Virus record (IMG/VR): IMGVR_UViG_3300042328_000814
Span: 1-57,637 of that record
From: a virus
Lineage: Duplodnaviria > Caudoviricetes
Length of the DNA stretch: 57,637 nt
Reading direction: 5' to 3' (one strand)
Positions within the stretch are counted from its first letter, which is position 1; each line of letters opens with the position of its first letter. Under the pieces are notes generated by a model, which searched no databases, was not told the DNA's origin, and saw only the letters and a program-made list of their open reading frames with translations. Positions 49,015 to 57,637 of the stretch are shown one piece after another. The position numbers and the translations under genes were made by a program.

Positions 49015-50397
49015 TTATGCGTATACGCGGTCGGTTTCAGCAACCAATGATAGACTAATACCTTTAGTACGTGATAGAGTACCACTAGCAACAGCGAACT
49101 TACCAGTACCTGGCTTAATACCGATTAGAGTAACTGCTCTATCAGTACCTCCTGCAAATCCACCCTGTACATTACCATCATAATCGTAATCAAAGTCAAT
49201 ACTACCGGCAGATATAGTTCCAGTAATTGGAGTACCAGCAGCATTATTAACTGTAATAGCCCCAGTCTCACCATAGTCATTACCGGCACCAGGTGGTGTA
49301 GTAAACATTAAGCGATAGCTGGATCCAGCACCTACTAGTACTGAATTGAAAGACATTGTACCTGCTGCTGTATATGGGTTAGTACGTAGAGTATTAGAAT
49401 CATCGTAGAACTCAATTCTATTACTATCTGCGGATAGAACATCATCAATATAAACTGAAGGTGAAGTTACTAAAATGTCACCAACGAAGCGTAGTAACTC
49501 ATCTTGGATTTTACCAATTTTAGTACCTGCTGTTCCACTAGTATTAATATCAGTACCTTGGCGCAATAGATATTGAACCTTAGCGTAAATCTGCTCTAAA
49601 GTACCACCATTGCCTTCGATAATAATCTTGAAGTTTCTTGAAGCCCCTGCAATAGTACGAGTTTGATTAACTGTATAGTAGGCAACTGTAATACCGTTAT
49701 AAGGTGCACCAGTCATAGCTGTATCAGCTGTAGCTTGTACATCACCTAATAATCCAGTAATCTTTAAGTCATCCTCATTAGATACTAGAAAGTTCTGTTT
49801 ATTAGCCCCGGTAGCAGTAGCACCGGTATCTGCTAGAATAGAAGATTTGAACTTTTTTCCATACTCACGTGCGAATGTCTTTGCATAAGTACGTTTATCA
49901 AAGTTACCATGAGTAGCATCACCAAATACTTTAATACCAACGTTGAATTGATCAGTAAAGGGGAAGTTAGTTGGTGCATCTGTTGGTGCTAGATGATAAT
50001 ATGGTTGTACAGTACTAGCCGGAGTAATACTACCAAGACCTACGAAACCTGAATACTGCTGCAATAGTACTCCAGCAGCTGAATACTCTGACCAACCACC
50101 ATCTCGCAGCATGTTACGCGTTGCATCAGAATTGAAAGTCCATCCAGAGAAGGTTGCACCATCTGTACCAATCTGGAACTGACCAGACAGCGCATCAATG
50201 GCGTAGAATGGAAACGGACTATCTTGATAAGTTGGGGTTGCCCATAAGTCAACAAAGAAGGAGTAAAGTGCCTGCCAAGTGACACCATCCTTGGCCACTA
50301 AATCCCCAGCTACATTCAATGTTATTACACGATTTGGTTCATCAATACTAACTTCTGTTCCTACAGCTAGTAATGTTTTTGAAGTAATTTTTGCCAT
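49015..50397 (-). CDS. putative virion structural protein
   Basis: AAGGA RBS; G/T/A-rich 460-aa ORF ending DRVYA. Confidence 0.7.
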   Translation of the reverse strand: MAKITSKTLLAVGTEVSIDEPNRVITLNVAGDLVAKDGVTWQALYSFFVDLWATPTYQDSPFPFYAIDALSGQFQIGTDGATFSGWTFNSDATRNMLRDGGWSEYSAAGVLLQQYSGFVGLGSITPASTVQPYYHLAPTDAPTNFPFTDQFNVGIKVFGDATHGNFDKRTYAKTFAREYGKKFKSSILADTGATATGANKQNFLVSNEDDLKITGLLGDVQATADTAMTGAPYNGITVAYYTVNQTRTIAGASRNFKIIIEGNGGTLEQIYAKVQYLLRQGTDINTSGTAGTKIGKIQDELLRFVGDILVTSPSVYIDDVLSADSNRIEFYDDSNTLRTNPYTAAGTMSFNSVLVGAGSSYRLMFTTPPGAGNDYGETGAITVNNAAGTPITGTISAGSIDFDYDYDGNVQGGFAGGTDRAVTLIGIKPGTGKFAVASGTLSRTKGISLSLVAETDRVYA

Positions 50398-50405
50398 ATA
50401 TTTCC

Positions 50406-53400
50406 TTAAATATAGTTACGATCTTGGATGAGGGAAACAGGAATAGTCGAACTGGTCAGCCCTAGCGTCAGATTGCGAATGAATTGCACCTGATACCCCG
50501 GCTTAATGAATCCCACATCAATCGTGGGCGTGCCTGCGTAGGCATAGGCGTAGGAAGTCCCTACGTTCTGATCAACCTGATCAATGATGGTGTTTGTGCC
50601 AGCGGTCAGAATCACAATGTCACAACCAGACGGCAAGCCAGTGAATGTCACCGTGGTCATGTCATCAGGATAAGTAGCGGTCTGATCTACCGTGGTCCAG
50701 AGGTACAGACCTTGGATGTAACTATTGAACGATGGGCCAAGAGCAAAAGACGTGTTGACGTAAACGATATTGGCTCTTGCTTGGCTATCTGAGTCCCTGA
50801 CAATGGCGGAGTTGGTTGTCCAATTACCTACTACTTCATCAATCACACAAACGCCCGCAACCCCGCCGGATGGGAAATCAGCAACGATCCTAGCCGTGCC
50901 TCCGCCAGCAACATGGCGCACCGTTTCACCCACTACGAAGTTGTTGGTTCTGGACGAGTAGCGGAAGAACTGACGTGCAGTCAGCTTGATCTTGATATTG
51001 AAACCAGTGGTTGCTGATACAGACAACGCAGCCATGTTGGCAGGCGTAGCCTCAATCCAGCTTCCATAACCTGAGCCAGTATCAATCTGAACCTCGATCA
51101 GCAGAGCTTGGGGAACGTCTACATAGTTACTGGAATACTCAAGGTCGGCTGTGAGGACTTTGGGCAGAATTGACCTAAAGCCACTCACCCCATAAATCTT
51201 ATGCGGCCAAGTGTAAGTTACAGAGTCCCCTGCTTGCTGAAGATATAGCCTGCCGGTATTGGAGAAGGTAGCTAGACCAGTGAGTTCATAGGGCTTGACA
51301 GCTTGAGTAGAGGCGGTAAATACCAGCCCTAGCGCACCCGTAGTTGGGGTGTGATACATCTCGGTAAAGTGAGTGTCGAACACACCTAAGCCGCTTTGCG
51401 TTAAACCATCTATAGTGCTACCAATATTCCAAAGAGGCGTAGTCGCCGCCCCATCTGCCTTAGATGCACCACCGCCTCCTACACCTTTGAAAATCATGCC
51501 GTTGTTATAGGTATATAAGGCAGCACTTCCGAATTCAGTTCTTACATTTTCCAAAATTGTATCGTTGGCGGTATTCAACGTATAAACAACTGGATTGCTA
51601 GCCTCTCTCGCCATATTGCCATCTATTTGAATATTCTTAAAACGGTTTCTGTTTGAGTCAAGCTGAATATCTATATTAGCGAATGTGCCACTTAAATACC
51701 CAGTGCCTAATTTCAGATCAATATTACGAATATAGTTATCTGAACTTGAAGCGGTTAGATTAAAGGCCATCTGAATAGCCCCGCCCCATCCAGATTGTGT
51801 TACGTTTTCTAATACATTTCTATTTGAGGATGTAGTAAATACAAAGAATGGCGTTGCGGCAGAGTTCCAATACAAAATGTTTTCCTTGCTGGGTACAAAG
51901 TCAGGATCAGTGCCAATGCACCATACATTCCACACCAAGTTAGAAGACCCATTAAGAATTATTCCTTGGTTGCGAGTTTCACCTCCACCCGTATAACCCC
52001 TAGAACCCGCATAACTCATACCAATATCTGGAGTGACTGCGCTAGCGCCGGTTCCTTGCGTAAATACAGGAACAGATGTGGCTGTTACAAATACACCTTC
52101 ATAAGCAATAACGTCAGCCGATCTATTCATTCGTATAACTAAATCATGGCTTGTTGCAGTAGCCACAAAAGTGACATACTTTACTTCTAGCGTATCTGTC
52201 AGTGTGAAATCAGTAAATGCTGTACCAAAGGTAATCCTACCGGCCACCGTTGGGTAAAGCGTATTCGTTGCCTTGCGTGGAACTGCCCGCATCAGTATAG
52301 ATGCGGTATAGGTAGTCGCTATCGTTAGACCAGTAACGGAGAGTGTTGCCGTTCCATTATCTGCCGTTGCAAGCAGTTGTCTGATTGACGTACCTGTATT
52401 TCCATCCATACCAGAGGCAGGCCATGCTGCTGTAGACCCCGCTGTGATATTGGACTTAACCCATGTTGAACTACTAATTTCGTGGGAGTATCTGGCGAAG
52501 TTCGTATATCCATTAGCCGCTGATGGAGTCGCCCTTAATGCGGGAGTGTCAACATAAACGCCAGCAGAAGAATATTTACGCAACACATAGTAATAAGTGG
52601 TTCCATTGACTGCCGTAGCGTCTGCCGCAGTAACAATAGTTACCGTATTTGTTGTAAATACCCGAGTGCCAGCATCTCTTACAGGAACCGCAGGATCAGT
52701 AGACCGATAGACCTCATAAGCTGGAGATGTGTGTGTTGGATCGAGTCTAGTCCAGCTTACAGAAACCGTATTGTTTCCCGGTGTTACCCAAACTTGAGGA
52801 ACGCCATCTGTAGGCATAAGGTGCGGAACAGCAGAGTGCTCACGCCAATTACCATAGAAGCCGGTGTAGCCCCTATTGGCATACTCTTGCCAGAATGGCT
52901 TAATATAGTACCGTGTATTTTCAGCTAACGGATTACCTGTTACCGGATCATATTGTGCCGACAGAGTGTACCTAGTGTAATCGTAAGAAACACCTTCTGA
53001 ATACACACTCATTCCAAACACTACGTTACTTACTTTGTTATCAGAAGAAGTGACAAAACGAATGGGTGGGCCACCATACGTTTCTACACCATCAATAATT
53101 GAGTTATTGACATAATATAGCGCAAGCATGGATTGAGCATTTCTGCCACCCTGACAAATAAGACGAGTGTCTTCTAAAGTAAGTCCATCGCAATAGTCGA
53201 AGCGCAGAATGCTGGAAGTACCACCACCAATCTGTTTAGTGGCGGCTATGTGTATTTTTTTAACTGAACCGGTAATGTAGCTAATAGCCCAAAGCGTGCC
53301 GTTGCTTCCAGCGTTGGTTGCAGTAGTATCAAGTACAGGTGTAGTTGCTCCCCAATGATTACGGAAGGGACGTACCGCCACACACATATCATCAATATCA

Positions 53401-54428
53401 ATGCCGTAAACCTTACTGAGCGTTGGCGGATAACTACAACCAATACGTTTCAGTGAAAGTTTCTCTGCTCCGGTATAGTTACCCGGCGCTACATCAAATA
53501 GGCAAGTATCGGCAGTCAAACTACCTGAGTTTGTCAGCGTGATATAGGTTCCAGAACCCGCTCCATTGTGTATATTCTCTCCGCATACATGTGTCACCAT
53601 GATGTTCGGGATTCTGATCTTGCAACCGTTCGGCGGAATTGCACCGTCGAAGTCATCACCGAATACCACTTGGTTTGTATGCTGCACTTCCCAAGTGGTG
53701 TAGATGGTTAGCGTCACTATTCCTAATGACGTGCCAATAGCGTTAGCATTCACTTCAAACTGTGTGGCTGACAACACTCTCTCAACTACCGAATTTGCTG
53801 CAAGGGTGGTCCCGGTAACGTGTGCGCCAGGGGATATGTCGGTAGTGTCACTCACCTCAATTATTCTGCTTCCGACCAAACATGAACAGTTGGTCAGGAC
53901 AATATTGCGATGCTGTGCGGTATTAGGTGTCTGTTTGAACACCATACCCTTGCGACCTTTACCAAACGCAGCAAGACCAGACAGCAGCCATTTAGGCACC
54001 ATGCCGTAAGGTTCACCAGCATTGGCCCAGGACTCATAGACGCCAGAACTAGGCGCAGTCTCTACCCACAACGCAGCCACATAGTCACGGTAAGGCACAG
54101 TGAAGGTCTGGCCTGCTGTGCCGTTACTTGTACCCACTTCAATCCAGTTACCTGCAATCTCGATTGATCCCAATCCAGAAGAAGGCGTGATGGTTGCGGC
54201 TGAAGTTCCTGTCACTCGCCCCATTATGAAACGAATGGCATCAGTCGTACTGGTATTCTCAATTCGTAACTTACCATTATTGATAGTAATGCTATTCCAG
54301 AACTTATCTTGATTCGTATTGACCGTAACCACTGCACCATCATTGATGGTCAATCCGTCATTGGAACGCCATGCACCCGATGCAATCGCATCAGCATTCA
54401 CGTTGGCTGTAACTGTCTGGACAGCCAT
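50406..54428 (-). CDS. large fibre/spike-like protein (beta-helix-like segments, FN3, carbohydrate-binding-like module)
   Basis: YEVYRST...NGTTYYYV FN3; N/S/T-rich beta-helix-like stretches; visibly higher GC than the flanks. Confidence 0.65.
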   Translation of the reverse strand: MAVQTVTANVNADAIASGAWRSNDGLTINDGAVVTVNTNQDKFWNSITINNGKLRIENTSTTDAIRFIMGRVTGTSAATITPSSGLGSIEIAGNWIEVGTSNGTAGQTFTVPYRDYVAALWVETAPSSGVYESWANAGEPYGMVPKWLLSGLAAFGKGRKGMVFKQTPNTAQHRNIVLTNCSCLVGSRIIEVSDTTDISPGAHVTGTTLAANSVVERVLSATQFEVNANAIGTSLGIVTLTIYTTWEVQHTNQVVFGDDFDGAIPPNGCKIRIPNIMVTHVCGENIHNGAGSGTYITLTNSGSLTADTCLFDVAPGNYTGAEKLSLKRIGCSYPPTLSKVYGIDIDDMCVAVRPFRNHWGATTPVLDTTATNAGSNGTLWAISYITGSVKKIHIAATKQIGGGTSSILRFDYCDGLTLEDTRLICQGGRNAQSMLALYYVNNSIIDGVETYGGPPIRFVTSSDNKVSNVVFGMSVYSEGVSYDYTRYTLSAQYDPVTGNPLAENTRYYIKPFWQEYANRGYTGFYGNWREHSAVPHLMPTDGVPQVWVTPGNNTVSVSWTRLDPTHTSPAYEVYRSTDPAVPVRDAGTRVFTTNTVTIVTAADATAVNGTTYYYVLRKYSSAGVYVDTPALRATPSAANGYTNFARYSHEISSSTWVKSNITAGSTAAWPASGMDGNTGTSIRQLLATADNGTATLSVTGLTIATTYTASILMRAVPRKATNTLYPTVAGRITFGTAFTDFTLTDTLEVKYVTFVATATSHDLVIRMNRSADVIAYEGVFVTATSVPVFTQGTGASAVTPDIGMSYAGSRGYTGGGETRNQGIILNGSSNLVWNVWCIGTDPDFVPSKENILYWNSAATPFFVFTTSSNRNVLENVTQSGWGGAIQMAFNLTASSSDNYIRNIDLKLGTGYLSGTFANIDIQLDSNRNRFKNIQIDGNMAREASNPVVYTLNTANDTILENVRTEFGSAALYTYNNGMIFKGVGGGGASKADGAATTPLWNIGSTIDGLTQSGLGVFDTHFTEMYHTPTTGALGLVFTASTQAVKPYELTGLATFSNTGRLYLQQAGDSVTYTWPHKIYGVSGFRSILPKVLTADLEYSSNYVDVPQALLIEVQIDTGSGYGSWIEATPANMAALSVSATTGFNIKIKLTARQFFRYSSRTNNFVVGETVRHVAGGGTARIVADFPSGGVAGVCVIDEVVGNWTTNSAIVRDSDSQARANIVYVNTSFALGPSFNSYIQGLYLWTTVDQTATYPDDMTTVTFTGLPSGCDIVILTAGTNTIIDQVDQNVGTSYAYAYAGTPTIDVGFIKPGYQVQFIRNLTLGLTSSTIPVSLIQDRNYI

Positions 54429-54916
54429 TAGCGAGCCTTCAAGTGTTTGATGTGCTGCATGATGGCAGCAGTCATTTCAGCTTCAGAAGGTACTCGGTCG
54501 AAGATAAATTCTTCAGTAACAACCTCGCCCTTGGTGTCATTCAGGAAATCAACCTTGGTGTAATAGTTACTGCCACGCATTTCAGCGCCGTAGCGATTCG
54601 CTTCGGTAATCTCATCCTGAGCCAGAATGTTGACCGTGAATGAATCCAGTTCAGGGGTGTCAGGCGTCGCATGAATGGCAGCAGCTTTCTCAGCCGAGAT
54701 AACACCGTAGCCTTGCAGCACAGATACCAGTGCCTGCACTTGAGGCAGACCCACATCCACACCATTCGTCCAGTCGAACTTCTGCTTCTCCAGCTTCAGC
54801 GTAGTGAGCAAAGGTTCTTGAACCCCGAATTGAGCAGGGTCCATCATGAATGCAGTAAAGGCGCTTGCTTCATCATCTAGGAGGGTGAGCAAGTCACCTT
54901 TAGTGAGATATTTCAT
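54428..54916 (-). CDS. hypothetical protein (possible fibre chaperone/partner)
   Basis: GGAG RBS; TAATG-coupled to the large gene; GC-rich codons. Confidence 0.65.
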   Translation of the reverse strand: MKYLTKGDLLTLLDDEASAFTAFMMDPAQFGVQEPLLTTLKLEKQKFDWTNGVDVGLPQVQALVSVLQGYGVISAEKAAAIHATPDTPELDSFTVNILAQDEITEANRYGAEMRGSNYYTKVDFLNDTKGEVVTEEFIFDRVPSEAEMTAAIMQHIKHLKAR

Positions 54917-54918
54917 TT

Positions 54919-57637
54919 TTAAACTCCAAATAAAGTTCTATCGTCCTTAGCTATTAGTAAGAACCTATTTTCTATAGGTATTAAAACATACCTATTATCA
55001 GTACTTGTTACTATTATTCTAGCTTCTGGAATAATATTATTAATCCAAATGATATTATTTATAAAACTACTATGAAGAATATCAGATATAATTAACTGTG
55101 CTTGTGTACCTAATTCTAAATTATCAGTAAAAGAACTTACATCTAAGTAGTCAACTAATAATACATTACTCTGGTTTAATTCTATAGTGCTATTAGTATT
55201 TGATACTAATAGATTTAGTAAACTTATAGTTATGCCTTGTGAAAGTGCAAACTCTTCTATACTAGAATTTATATTTAGACTATCAATTAGTAAACTATGT
55301 GCTTGGTATAATAATACTGGGCTAATTGAATTTGAAGAAGCTAAACTATGTAGTATTAGACTATTAGCTTGAATTAAATCAGCTGTAGTAATTAAATTAC
55401 TGTTAGCTAAATGATTAACTAGAAGATTTAATCCTTGACTTAGTAGTACATTATCAATTATTTTTGCATTAGTTAAGTTCTGAACTGTTAATGTATATGC
55501 TTGGTATAGTAATACTGAACTTATTGAGTTTGAAGAAGCTAAACTCTGTAGTATTAGACTATTAGCTTGAATTAAATCAGCTGTAGTGAGTAAACTACTA
55601 TTAGCTAAATGATTAACTAGAAGATTTAATCCTTGGCTTAGTAGTATATTATCAATTGTTTTTGCACTAAGCAGATTATTAACCGTTAGTACATAAGCTT
55701 GGTATAGTAATACTGAGCTTATTGAATTACCAGTAGCTAGACTTTGTAATATTAAAGTATTAGCTTGAATTAAATCAGCTGTAGTAAGTAAATTACTATT
55801 AGCTAAATGATTAACTAGAAGATTTAATCCTTGGCTTAGTAGTATATTATCAATTGTTTTTGCACTAAGCAGATTATTAACCGTTAGTACATAAGCTTGG
55901 TATAGTAATACTACACTAATTGAGTTTGAAGAAGCTAAACTCTGTAGTATTAAACTATTAGCTTGAATTAAATCAGCTATAGTAAGTAAACTACTATTAG
56001 CTAAATGATTAACTAGAAGATTTAATCCTTGGCTTAGTAGTATATTATCAATTGTTTTTGCACTAAGTAGATTATTAACCGTTAGTACATAAGCTTGATA
56101 TAGTAATACTGCACTAATTGAGTTTGAAGACGCTAAACTCTGTAGTATTAAACTATTAGTTTGAATTAAATCAGCTGTAGTAACACTATTAGAAACTAAA
56201 ATACTATTTAGTAATAATGCTATATGCATACTAATATCAGCACTACTAACTGTATTAGTATTAATAATATTAGCAAGTTGAATCAGATTTTGCTGAATTA
56301 AACTGAAAGTTTCAGATGAAGTGGAATTTATTAGATTTGCTAGGTTTAGGGTTAATGAGCCACCTAATGTTGTCCATATTCCATTTGCCTCTACGACGTT
56401 AGAATATTTTGTACCATCAAATACTACAGCAGCAGAATCATACTCAGTTCCAGGTAAAAGCCCAGTAACTTCTAAATACTGCCCTGGGCCAGACCATACT
56501 GCATTGCCCGCCCAAGATGCTGGTGTACCTAATGCATTCTGCTCCGCTACTATCTGAGCCGCTGATGGTGTACCCATACCTGCTGGATAGGTAACAATAA
56601 GTAAAGTCTGTAAATCGGAACGTTTGAATGCCCCAACAATCAAGCCGTGACGTGATGAGACCCCCGCTGTGGTTTGCAGCGTACCCGTAGCACCCGCTGT
56701 GACCTTGACAGCGTGTGCGAAGGTATTAGTAGTGTCCGCACCTGTTGCTGTGTTTCTTTCGTCAACCTCGCCCCAGAAGTTAGGGTTGGGTATGTGTGCC
56801 CCACCCGTTGCTGAGGACTGATTATTGGGGCTTGTGGCTGCGGTGAAGAGTGACGCGGTAGTGTTATCCGCACCAAAGAAAAACGAGATTAGAAGCTCGC
56901 CGTCCTCAGCGACCGTGATAGATGTGGCGGTTACTGTGGTGCTATTCGCACCTAGCGTGTTCGCACTGCCTGTGTCGTAAGTTACAGGTATTGCATATCC
57001 ATACTCCTCTCGGTACACAGCCAAGCGACCGAAAGCCACATCACCGCCTGACCGTGTAAACGTGTAACCAGGAGGTGAAGCGGCGTCATAGACACAATAG
57101 GCCATCAAGCCGGAACCAATAGAGCTCGCTGCCGTTGTGGATATGTTACCTGAACTCTGCTGTGTGGCGACTAGGTTCCAACCCGAAGGTAGCGTGAATG
57201 CTGCAGTGCTGCGGTAGGCGATCATAGCGACGAAAAGATCGCCGGTTTTCAGTACAGGGCACGTCCATGTCGTTCCATCAGGCGAAGTGATGACAGTACC
57301 TGACACACCTACAGCGACGAAGAGATCTGATGAGCAAGTGACTCCGAACAGCGAGTTAGCCGTACCGCTAGTCCGCGTTGCCCATGTAGTACCATCAGGT
57401 GAAGTGATGACGGTGCCCCAAGCACCTACAGCGACGAAGAGATCTGATGAGCAAGTGACCGCGGCCAGCGCGTTAGTCGTTCCGCTCGTCCGAGTCGTCC
57501 ATGTTGTAGAGTCAGGCGAGGTGATGACTGTGCCTGACAAGCCTACCGCTACGAAGAGGTCTTCGGTGGATGAGTAGGTGACGCCGGTCAAGTAATTAGT
57601 CGTACCGGAAGTACGAGTTGTCCATGTAATCCCATCA
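54919..57637 (-). CDS. fibre-like protein, 5'-truncated by the window edge: BNR-like repeats + 66-aa shaft repeats
   Basis: The frame is open to base 57637 (DGITWTTRTSGTTNYL...); repeats are visible. Confidence 0.75.
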   Translation of the reverse strand, partial: DGITWTTRTSGTTNYLTGVTYSSTEDLFVAVGLSGTVITSPDSTTWTTRTSGTTNALAAVTCSSDLFVAVGAWGTVITSPDGTTWATRTSGTANSLFGVTCSSDLFVAVGVSGTVITSPDGTTWTCPVLKTGDLFVAMIAYRSTAAFTLPSGWNLVATQQSSGNISTTAASSIGSGLMAYCVYDAASPPGYTFTRSGGDVAFGRLAVYREEYGYAIPVTYDTGSANTLGANSTTVTATSITVAEDGELLISFFFGADNTTASLFTAATSPNNQSSATGGAHIPNPNFWGEVDERNTATGADTTNTFAHAVKVTAGATGTLQTTAGVSSRHGLIVGAFKRSDLQTLLIVTYPAGMGTPSAAQIVAEQNALGTPASWAGNAVWSGPGQYLEVTGLLPGTEYDSAAVVFDGTKYSNVVEANGIWTTLGGSLTLNLANLINSTSSETFSLIQQNLIQLANIINTNTVSSADISMHIALLLNSILVSNSVTTADLIQTNSLILQSLASSNSISAVLLYQAYVLTVNNLLSAKTIDNILLSQGLNLLVNHLANSSLLTIADLIQANSLILQSLASSNSISVVLLYQAYVLTVNNLLSAKTIDNILLSQGLNLLVNHLANSNLLTTADLIQANTLILQSLATGNSISSVLLYQAYVLTVNNLLSAKTIDNILLSQGLNLLVNHLANSSLLTTADLIQANSLILQSLASSNSISSVLLYQAYTLTVQNLTNAKIIDNVLLSQGLNLLVNHLANSNLITTADLIQANSLILHSLASSNSISPVLLYQAHSLLIDSLNINSSIEEFALSQGITISLLNLLVSNTNSTIELNQSNVLLVDYLDVSSFTDNLELGTQAQLIISDILHSSFINNIIWINNIIPEARIIVTSTDNRYVLIPIENRFLLIAKDDRTLFGV
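55290..56190 (-). repeat. 198-bp (66-aa = 3 x 22-aa) tandem coding repeat, about 4.5 copies
   Basis: AAGATTTAATCCTTG at 55423, 55621, 55819 and 56017 (198-bp spacing). Confidence 0.92.
57262..57637 (-). repeat. 38-41-aa beta-propeller blade (BNR/Asp-box-like) repeats
   Basis: DLFVAVG..GTVITSPDG.TW.TRTSGT.N.L recurs at least 3 times. Confidence 0.88.

Noticed and set aside
24177-57577. Plus-strand ORFs within the late region (e.g. 38143-38589, 40918-41319, 57287-57577)
   Set aside because: Antisense shadows of structural genes, favoured by biased codon usage or higher GC
55290-57637. CRISPR array or DGR template/variable repeats
   Set aside because: Repeats are in-frame coding tandem units without unique spacers; no cas or reverse transcriptase gene in the window and no evident adenine-specific variation
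1-57637. tRNA/ncRNA genes or alternative genetic code
   Set aside because: Intergenic gaps are short with no cloverleaf seen; conserved genes translate intact in the standard code and use TAA, TGA and TAG stops

Overview
This is a 57.6-kb piece of a divergent T5-like (Demerecviridae-related) lytic siphophage genome, identified by recalled similarity to T5 proteins and by T5-like gene order. No database search was run. The + strand (1-20.4 kb) carries the T5-type replication/recombination module: D3, D2, PC4-like SSB, split NAD-dependent ligase, D5, D6 helicase, primase, family A DNA polymerase, D10, D11, D12/D13, an HNH-AP2 homing endonuclease, D14, D15 and dUTPase, followed by a class II (B12-dependent) ribonucleotide reductase. 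A bidirectional terminator at about 20.45 kb meets the - strand late region. Read in transcription order, that region holds a roughly 10-kb mosaic cluster of putative head/neck appendage genes, T5-like head completion, tail completion, tail terminator and tail tube genes, tail chaperones with a predicted -1 frameshift, a chimeric tape measure protein, a lambda/T1-type tail tip (two gpM, L, K, I, J), LamG-rich fibre/adhesin genes and a holin/spanin/endolysin cassette, which implies a Gram-negative host. The most striking observation is a 130-aa Hint (intein-like) domain inserted 12 residues from the N-terminus of the gpJ tail-tip protein. It is flanked by GSGG|C and HN|GGGG, lacks the +1 nucleophile needed for canonical splicing, and lies directly downstream of the ubiquitin-like gpI and JAB-protease gpK genes.
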